Shown here piece after piece: positions 26,366-32,356 of a DNA stretch of 32,356 nt. The first letter of the stretch is position 1. Each line of letters begins with the position of its first letter. The DNA is from Candidatus Woesearchaeota archaeon (lineage in GTDB: Archaea > Nanobdellota > Nanobdellia > Woesearchaeales > GW2011-AR4). The stretch covers positions 1 to 32,356 of the forward strand of contig JACPMP010000059.1 in NCBI GenBank assembly GCA_016185915.1, read 5' to 3'. The position numbers and the translations under genes are program-made. Under the pieces are notes generated by a model. It saw only the letters and a list, made by a program, of their open reading frames with translations. It was not told the origin of the DNA and ran no database searches.

Positions 26366-27726
26366 TTTGCTACTCTTCCAAATTCATTTAAGCTTAAGAA
26401 TTTTAGTGAAAACTGGTTATTTGAAAAAATCTTTGTTTGGATCAGATTTTCTTTAATCCTTTCAAAATATTTCTTCTCTTTTTCAGCCAAAAAGAAAAAT
26501 CTATCTAAGTTTATAGCGGATTCACCGAATGTTCCGCTACCAGCAAAAGGGTCGAATACTAAATCTCTCTTAAATGAATAAAATTTAATTACCTTGTTAC
26601 AAAGTTCTAAAGGGAAAACGGCACTGTGCGTTTTATCAAAAGTAGTGTCTATTTTCCAGACATTTGAAGATTCAAAATCTCCATTAATTTTACTTTCTTC
26701 CACTATTTTTTTGTCATATTGTTTAATATTCCAATCGATTAATTTATCCGTTTTCTTTCTATAAACCATCACGCATTCAGTACAAGGATTAGGTTTATAT
26801 CCTAATGGTTTTCTATGTTGTAAAAAACCCGCGTTCCTATTTTTTGCACTTGCCTCCGGTTTTTCCCAGATTATATCATCAATAAATTCCCAGCCCATAT
26901 TCATTAGGATAGGGTGTATATCATATGGGATGGGATATCTTTTACTAGAATATTGTCTTCCAACACGTGGGATTATTATTGGTGAAGTATTCAATAAAAA
27001 AAATCTTCCTTCTTTGGTTACTCTGTGAACTTCTTTAAAAACTTCTTTAAGAAAATTTAAATATTCTCGATAACTTGAATAGATGGAGTAATCTCTTGCG
27101 TTGTAATAAGGTGGCGAAGTAAAAGTTAAATGGACTGACTCATTTGGAACGGATTTTAGTATATCTCTAACATCTCCATAAACAACAACGTTTTTCATAT
27201 AATCTGGAGATTTAGCATGGTTTGGGTCATAACCATTACTAGAACTTGAATGAAATTCTTTTTTTATTACTTCTTGTATTATCTCATTTGGATGATTTCC
27301 CAATTTTTTTAATTTTTCTTGAACAGTTTTATCTTCCCTAAAAACTAGCAATCCCCTCATAGCTTGCAAAACAACTTCTGGGTCCGAATCACTCAAATAC
27401 TTAAATAAAAGCTGTTTGTTTGAACTATTTCTTAACCTGCCTATTCCAGAAACCGCTTCTCGTCTTACGCTCGAACTGTTATCATTTTCTACAACATTTA
27501 CAAAAACATTAATTAAAGTAGAATTACCTATTTTTGCTAAATTTTTTACAGCTAGACTTCTTACTTTTTCATTTTCGTGTTTAAGAAGACCCATTAAAGG
27601 TTTAGTATCAAAATTCTCGTTTAATCTTCCAAGTTTACCAAGTAATCTTATTATAGCTCCAATATTGTTCTGCCTAATAAGTTCTTGTATCTTTTCAGGC
27701 TCTTTTTTTAATAATTCTGCTTCCAT
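26362..27726 (-). CDS. beta-class N4-cytosine/N6-adenine DNA methyltransferase with an N-terminal HEAT-repeat domain
   Basis: Motif IV TSPPY (VHLTFTSPPYYNARDY) precedes motif I DPFAGSGT. The N-terminal ~150 aa hold three or more PBS-lyase/HEAT-like repeats (ENEKVRSLAVKNLAKIG, SSVRREAVSGIGRL, SDPEVVLQAMRGL). The ATG at 27726 is preferred to the TTG at 27753. Confidence 0.8.
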   Translation of the reverse strand: MEAELLKKEPEKIQELIRQNNIGAIIRLLGKLGRLNENFDTKPLMGLLKHENEKVRSLAVKNLAKIGNSTLINVFVNVVENDNSSSVRREAVSGIGRLRNSSNKQLLFKYLSDSDPEVVLQAMRGLLVFREDKTVQEKLKKLGNHPNEIIQEVIKKEFHSSSSNGYDPNHAKSPDYMKNVVVYGDVRDILKSVPNESVHLTFTSPPYYNARDYSIYSSYREYLNFLKEVFKEVHRVTKEGRFFLLNTSPIIIPRVGRQYSSKRYPIPYDIHPILMNMGWEFIDDIIWEKPEASAKNRNAGFLQHRKPLGYKPNPCTECVMVYRKKTDKLIDWNIKQYDKKIVEESKINGDFESSNVWKIDTTFDKTHSAVFPLELCNKVIKFYSFKRDLVFDPFAGSGTFGESAINLDRFFFLAEKEKKYFERIKENLIQTKIFSNNQFSLKFLSLNEFGRVAK

Positions 27727-27796
27727 CTTTCCCCATAAGTATATAAAGCTCAATTTAATAAGTTTTCCGTTTCGTACGCCCCTCCCAAATAAATTA

Positions 27797-27919
27797 TTAG
27801 GATTTTTGAAAATTGAATATAACTAATATTATATGACTTCCTTTTTGCCTATTTTCTTCAAAACCTACTTTCTTTAGAACTTTGATAACTTCCCTACCTG
27901 ACAAAACTGGCAACTTCAT
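27797..27919 (-). pseudogene. hicA: truncated hicA-like mRNA-interferase toxin gene (40 codons; typical HicA is ~60-70 aa)
   Basis: Not in the ORF track. The minus strand reads MKLPVLSGREVIKVLKKVGFEENRQKGSHIILVIFNFQKS*. The N-terminal 32 aa are canonical HicA, and the rest is non-homologous before a stop. The ATG overlaps the hicB stop (TAATG). Confidence 0.55.
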
Positions 27920-28137
27920 TAAGCTTGGACCTCAAAACTTGCTACAATTGTATCTTTAGAAGTAGCACCTTCTGGTATGCCCATTTCTTCTATGTAAAGC
28001 TCTACTGCCTCTTTTAAGTTTTGCAAGGCTTCTTCAACTGTGTAACCTTGACTAACAACATCAAGTTCTGGGCATAAGGCTACAAACTGTTTTTCTCCTT
28101 TTCTGATTATAGCTGTAAAGTCCATCGTAATATCCAT
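27919..28137 (-). CDS. hicB: HicB-like antitoxin (UPF0150 family)
   Basis: FVALCPELDVVSQGYTVEEALQNLKEAVELYIEEM is the canonical HicB/UPF0150 core. Confidence 0.8.
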   Translation of the reverse strand: MDITMDFTAIIRKGEKQFVALCPELDVVSQGYTVEEALQNLKEAVELYIEEMGIPEGATSKDTIVASFEVQA

Positions 28138-28176
28138 ACTTGCTTAATTTATTTATAAATCTATCTTTTTAAACTT

Positions 28177-28392
28177 TTAGCCACCTGAAATCACTGATAA
28201 AATCTTTATTTCATCATTATCGCTTAATTTTTCATCTTCTAAAATCAATTCATTATTTCTTGAAACTATAACGGTAACGGAGTTTATATCAAGTTTTTTT
28301 AATAGGTCTGCAACTATTGAATTATTTTCTAATTGTAATGCTGTATTTTTGTTTTCTCTGTCAATGAAAACATTAACATTGATTTTAGGCAT
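28177..28392 (-). CDS. ThiS/MoaD/TtuB-like ubiquitin-fold sulfur-carrier protein ending in Gly-Gly
   Basis: 71 aa with a beta-grasp-like pattern and C-terminus ...KILSVISGG*. Confidence 0.7.
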   Translation of the reverse strand: MPKINVNVFIDRENKNTALQLENNSIVADLLKKLDINSVTVIVSRNNELILEDEKLSDNDEIKILSVISGG

Positions 28393-28439
28393 TCATTCTA
28401 AAGAAATAAAGTTTGATTAATAAATATTCTGAAAAATGA

Positions 28440-28784
28440 TTACCCAACAGAATGCCCGCATCCACAAGTTGTCTTGACATTTGGATTATTTACCTTAAAT
28501 CCGGCATTTGTTAATGAATCTATATAATCAACTGTTGAGCCTTTCATAAAGGCAATACTTTCTGGGCTTATAAACATCTTTACTCCTTTTTCTTCAATTA
28601 CCGTGTCATTTTCCTTAGGAGCTTTCTCTAAGCCAATGTCGTACATATAGCTTGAACAACCTCCCGGAGTTACGCCTACTCTTAATCCGTAATCAGGTTT
28701 ATTCTCTTTCTCAAGCAACGATTTCACTTTATTTGCTGCTTTTTCAGTCAAACTTATTATAACTTCTTTTGTTTGTTGTTCCAT
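28440..28784 (-). CDS. HesB/IscA-family iron-sulfur cluster insertion protein
   Basis: LTEKAANKVKSLL..., GLRVGVTPGGCSSYMY, and C-terminal CGCGHSV. Confidence 0.85.
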   Translation of the reverse strand: MEQQTKEVIISLTEKAANKVKSLLEKENKPDYGLRVGVTPGGCSSYMYDIGLEKAPKENDTVIEEKGVKMFISPESIAFMKGSTVDYIDSLTNAGFKVNNPNVKTTCGCGHSVG

Positions 28785-28853
28785 TTTAAATCACCTTACA
28801 ATTTTATTTGATGTAACATTAATTTTAATCAACATTTTTATTTGATTAAATTT

Positions 28854-29216
28854 TTAATTGGATTTTTCTATTGGATGACCATGCTTTTGCCATTCATCAA
28901 AGCCGCCTACCATTTCCATAACATCGTAGCCCTTCTTTGCTAACCTTAATGCTACTTTTGGTGCTGCAAAGCAAACCACATGATAGCAATATAAAATCAA
29001 TTTTTTGTTTTTTGGCAGTTTGCTTAAATGCTTTTCCCATTCCCTGCTTGGAACATTAATTGCTGTAGGAACATGTCCTGCTTTATGGGACTCTGAATCT
29101 CTAACATCAACTACAAGATACTCCTTATTTTTTTCGTCAACAATCTTTCTTACAGTATAAGGGTCAATCTCGTATTTTAATTTTTCCTCAAAAAATTTGA
29201 CTGCTGCTTTGGACAT
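28854..29216 (-). CDS. single-domain rhodanese-like sulfurtransferase
   Basis: VVDVRDSESHKAGHVPTAINVP, the active-site region LILYCYHVVC, and GGFDEWQKHGHP. Confidence 0.8.
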   Translation of the reverse strand: MSKAAVKFFEEKLKYEIDPYTVRKIVDEKNKEYLVVDVRDSESHKAGHVPTAINVPSREWEKHLSKLPKNKKLILYCYHVVCFAAPKVALRLAKKGYDVMEMVGGFDEWQKHGHPIEKSN

Positions 29217-29309
29217 TTTTAATTTTAAAATTTTGAAAAGCTGTAAAGTAAACCTTTAAAGTATACAGTTTAGTCTTCCCTTTTGATAAATTTAAAAGGG
29301 CTCAAACAC

Positions 29310-29509
29310 GGTTTTCTTTGCGAAAACCTATTCGGAAAGGAAAAATCCGAACTTCGTAGCGGATTTTTCCTCTCCACTCAGTTTTCGCCCAACAACAATG
29401 GTGGCAAATCGAATGCAGAGGATTTTTCAGTTACGCAGTTCTGAAAAATCCTTTGTGAGTAGCATTTTCACCAAGAAAATGCGTGTTTGCCACCATTATT
29501 GTTGTTGGG
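29310..29509. ncRNA. hairpin-dense structured element: candidate small RNA or MITE-like palindromic element
   Basis: Perfect stems at 29310-16/29322-28 (7 bp), 29339-49/29360-70 (11 bp), 29419-30/29441-52 (12 bp) and 29462-69/29475-82 (8 bp). A 21-nt long-range pairing, 29388-29408 with 29486-29509, encloses the last two. The GGATTTTTC / GAAAAATCC core recurs four times. Confidence 0.35.
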
Positions 29510-29642
29510 TTGGATACTTAACAACTTGGCTTAACAAAAGCACAAGTTTTTTAAATTCGTTGTTATTTCCACACGAAACTCTTTGGTAAAGTTAGGGGTT
29601 TTATTGGATTTGTCATAATAAATTAAATATTTTTTGTTTAAG

Positions 29643-32354
29643 ATGAAAGATAAGTGGTTTCAATATAAAAACTTTAGTGTTCTTAGGATTCTATTAATTA
29701 GTGTAATTATATTTGTTGCTTATGGTACTGGAACAACTGCTCAGGGCATTTGGATACAAAAAGGTGGAACTTTAAGCGCTGATGCTCAAGGTTGGGCGTA
29801 TCATCCCTCAATTGCAGTTGCTTCTGATGGCACAATTTACGCAGCTTGGTCACAGCACAGAAATCCCGGCACTTGGGATTTAGTCGGAACTTATGTAAAG
29901 AAATGGTCAAATGGAAGTTGGCAGCAACTTGGCTCTAGAATTGGTCATTTACAAGGGCAAGCCCAATGGCCTGAAGGTTATTCTCCTTCAATATCTGTTT
30001 TAGGCAATGTTCCTTATGTTGCTTGGTATGAAGGTGGTGGCTATGGATGGAATGTTGGAGTTGGAGCTTCTCTATTTGTAGCTCATTGGGATGGCACTAA
30101 ATGGGTTTATGACAATAGTACTGAGACATATAATGGTGCACTTAATAACAATCTAACCTTTAGTGCTCGCGAGCCAGATACAGCAGTCATTAATAACAAA
30201 CTATATGTGGCATGGATTGAAGGTGGAAATTCTGTTGTTCTAAAGCATTTAGATGCTGGAATTTGGGTTAAAGATGGAGTAATTAATACAGGTACAAAAC
30301 TAATCGGAGTAAAGGTTTTTGACGTTGCTGGCATTCCTTATATTGTTTTCTCTGGATTTAGCCAGCAAAGCGATTCATACGGCACATTAAACACTCCAGG
30401 AACTGTGAAGGTTTATAGCTTCCAAAGTGGTTTGTTTAACCAAGTCGGCCAGTCTCTGAACATAAATCCGCAAAGTTATCCAAATTATGTTGCTGCAACA
30501 TCAGTTGGAGCAACCCCTTATGTAGCCTGGCAAGAGCGTTCAGCGTCTGGCAACAATCAAATCTATGTTAAGCACTGGAACGGAATTTCATGGCTACAAG
30601 ATGGCGGAAGTTTAAATATTGACTCAATACAAGGAGAAGCAGGTGCACCTGCATTAGCAAACAATGGCTCTTCAGTATTTATTGCATGGGTTGAAGGTGC
30701 TCAAGGGCAAAAATCCCAGCTTTACACAATGGTATTGGAAAGCGGCTCCTGGAGCGCACCAGAAGGCACTTTGAATGTTGATTCTGTAAATGGCTCTGCT
30801 GATCATCCTGCGCTTGCAGTAAGCAGCGGCTTTGCTCAATTAATCTGGGCAGAGAAAGATTTCTCAACATCAACAAAACAAGTTTATGCCAAGGGCAGAG
30901 GCGATGTTGGAGCTCCAAATTCAAGCATGTTGTTGAAATGGGGAGCTGATGGAGCTGTGCAAAATATCCCAGCAAACACTTGGGTAAAAATGCAGCCAGG
31001 CGGAATTGCATTAGGTTCAGGAATCGGGGATGAAAGCTATTCTACATTTGTTTATGTGCCTGGGCTTAAGAAAGCGGTTGTTTTTGGAAAATATCATGGA
31101 GCAACAATTACTTCAGGCGAAGACCAAAATGCATTGCTCGGCTATGACCTTAATTCAAACAGATGGGACCTAGTTGATATTGGAGAAGATGCTTGGAGCG
31201 AGCATTTTTCTGGAGTGGGTCATGACAGTGGAACTGTAACAATTGATACTGTACGTGATTTATTCATTTCTCATGGCAATCTTAACTTAAATGCAGGAAC
31301 TGCTTTCCAAACTTATGTTTATGACCTAAAAGCAGGCAGAGGCAAGCGAATGATGTCGCCAAAAGAGCCGCCAATGGCTGCCTCATCTGCTACAGCTTTT
31401 GATAAAGAGCATGATATTACATTGATGAATGTTCCAAATGCGCCGCCATATCCAACATCTTGGCTTTACAATTACAATGCAAACAACTGGACATCTCTTC
31501 CAGTTGGACCTCCGAATAGGAATGATCCAGCCATTGTGTATGATACAAAGAATCATGTTTTTGTAATGATTGGCCCTTACTTTAATGAGACATGGACATT
31601 TGAACCAATTACAAAGCAGTGGCAGAAGAAATCTCCAGCATTGTCGCCGCCTTCATCAGTATATTATGCTGCATTTGATACATTAAATAATGTCACGCTT
31701 TCAGTTCTGCCAAGAGGAGCAACAGCTGAAGTGTGGGTTTATGATGCCGGCTTGGATTCGTGGACACAACTGCCAAATGCGCCTGTGGAAATTGGAGCAT
31801 ACACAACTGGCTCAAATCTTGCTTATGACACTGAAAATAATGCGTTCCTTCTCCATTCTGGCACATACCTTACAAACACTTGGGCGTTTAAATATGTGCC
31901 TTTGATTGATGCAAGTGCTCCAAGCATTCCACAAAATCTAGCAGCAAGCAATATGACACAAACCTCAGTCACATTAAGCTGGTCAGCTTCATCTGACCCA
32001 GAATCTGGTGTTACTAATTATAAAGTATATAGGAACAATGCTGTAGTAGGACAACCTGTCTCAACATCATTTATAGACACTGGCTTAGCTCAGGGAACAA
32101 CATACACTTATGAGGTTTCAGCTGTTAATGGGGCAGGACTTGAATCTGCAAGAAGTCTGCCTTTAAATGTAACGACCTTGACTGACACAACTCCGCCAAT
32201 TATCTCTGGAGTTACATCTTCCTCAATCACAACAAGCAGTGCTACTATCAACTGGAACACAAATGAGCCATCAGATTCACAAGCTGAGTATGGATTAACA
32301 ACAGCGTATGGCTTGCAAACAACTCTTGACACTTCACTTGTTACTGCCCATGCT
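29643..32354 (+). CDS. large secreted/anchored protein (3'-partial): N-terminal signal/anchor, ~55-aa Trp-rich beta-propeller-like repeats, Kelch-like region, at least two Fn3 domains
   Basis: Absent from the ORF track, presumably because there is no stop before the window end. Codons I hand-translated in frame 0 (29643 to ~30110 and ~30684 to the end; the stretch between was not hand-translated) contained no stop. It starts MKDKWFQYKNFSVLRILLISVIIFVAYG. Recurring P..AV..G.PYVAW.E....IYVKHWNG..W units. The end has SVTLSWSASSDPESGVTNYKVYRNN...TYTYEVSAVN (Fn3). Confidence 0.8.
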   Translation, partial: MKDKWFQYKNFSVLRILLISVIIFVAYGTGTTAQGIWIQKGGTLSADAQGWAYHPSIAVASDGTIYAAWSQHRNPGTWDLVGTYVKKWSNGSWQQLGSRIGHLQGQAQWPEGYSPSISVLGNVPYVAWYEGGGYGWNVGVGASLFVAHWDGTKWVYDNSTETYNGALNNNLTFSAREPDTAVINNKLYVAWIEGGNSVVLKHLDAGIWVKDGVINTGTKLIGVKVFDVAGIPYIVFSGFSQQSDSYGTLNTPGTVKVYSFQSGLFNQVGQSLNINPQSYPNYVAATSVGATPYVAWQERSASGNNQIYVKHWNGISWLQDGGSLNIDSIQGEAGAPALANNGSSVFIAWVEGAQGQKSQLYTMVLESGSWSAPEGTLNVDSVNGSADHPALAVSSGFAQLIWAEKDFSTSTKQVYAKGRGDVGAPNSSMLLKWGADGAVQNIPANTWVKMQPGGIALGSGIGDESYSTFVYVPGLKKAVVFGKYHGATITSGEDQNALLGYDLNSNRWDLVDIGEDAWSEHFSGVGHDSGTVTIDTVRDLFISHGNLNLNAGTAFQTYVYDLKAGRGKRMMSPKEPPMAASSATAFDKEHDITLMNVPNAPPYPTSWLYNYNANNWTSLPVGPPNRNDPAIVYDTKNHVFVMIGPYFNETWTFEPITKQWQKKSPALSPPSSVYYAAFDTLNNVTLSVLPRGATAEVWVYDAGLDSWTQLPNAPVEIGAYTTGSNLAYDTENNAFLLHSGTYLTNTWAFKYVPLIDASAPSIPQNLAASNMTQTSVTLSWSASSDPESGVTNYKVYRNNAVVGQPVSTSFIDTGLAQGTTYTYEVSAVNGAGLESARSLPLNVTTLTDTTPPIISGVTSSSITTSSATINWNTNEPSDSQAEYGLTTAYGLQTTLDTSLVTAHA

Positions 32355-32356
32355 CA

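Noticed and set aside
29398-29589. 63-aa ORF in the rhodanese / large-protein intergenic region
   Set aside because: It has no ribosome-binding site. It spans the palindromic stems, so its sequence is dictated by hairpin symmetry. It is treated as non-coding structured DNA or RNA.
29707-32332. Minus-strand ORFs 29707-29910, 30107-30334, 30679-31011 and 32108-32332, and plus-strand ORF 31690-31905
   Set aside because: All are embedded in or antisense to the long frame-0 plus-strand ORF (29643 to the end). That ORF has repeat units, a Kelch-like region and Fn3 domains.
1-32356. Search for tRNA, rRNA and CRISPR arrays
   Set aside because: No T-loop/acceptor-like GTTCGAATC-type motifs, no rRNA-like conserved blocks and no regularly spaced direct repeats were seen by eye. 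A tRNAscan/Infernal run would be needed to exclude small RNAs definitively.

Overview
AT-rich window that looks archaeal, probably from a small-genome or episymbiotic (DPANN-like) lineage. That placement is an inference from five proteins with class III (archaeal type IV pilin-like) signal peptides, GGAGG/GGTGA ribosome-binding sites, and many large Cys-rich secreted proteins. No rRNA, tRNA or CRISPR array was seen.

Layout:
- (a) 1-1.5 kb: 5'-truncated APC-type permease fused to a SAM methyltransferase.
- (b) 1.5-17.8 kb: almost entirely minus-strand cell-surface island. It holds Cys-rich and Ig-like secreted proteins, a Tat-signal HExxH protein, five pilin-like genes, and single-pass membrane proteins sharing a roughly 40-aa cytoplasmic module. 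A PIN/UPF0175 toxin-antitoxin pair sits inside it.
- (c) 18-20 kb: membrane, lipoprotein-like and zinc-ribbon genes.
- (d) 20.3-23.7 kb: cassette next to an Fe/Mn superoxide dismutase gene, carrying a DEDD exonuclease, a DUF1917-like gene, a nucleoside-deoxyribosyltransferase-like gene and a LAGLIDADG endonuclease.
- (e) 24.5-29.2 kb: sulfur-relay / tRNA-thiolation cluster (rhodanese, IscA, ThiS/TtuB-like, TtuA-like), split by a type II R-M pair and hicBA.
- (f) 29.6 kb to the end: large 3'-partial secreted repeat/Kelch-like/Fn3 protein that is missing from the ORF track.

Most notable observations:
- One roughly 1,258-codon surface-protein gene is split into three ORFs by two exact tandem duplications (8 bp and 29 bp).
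- A displaced sod 3' end marks a roughly 2.9 kb insertion whose LAGLIDADG gene abuts the rebuilt sod stop codon.
- A truncated hicA sits at the edge of the R-M insertion.
- A hairpin-dense element lies in a divergent intergenic region.

All family names are from motif recognition by eye; no searches were run.
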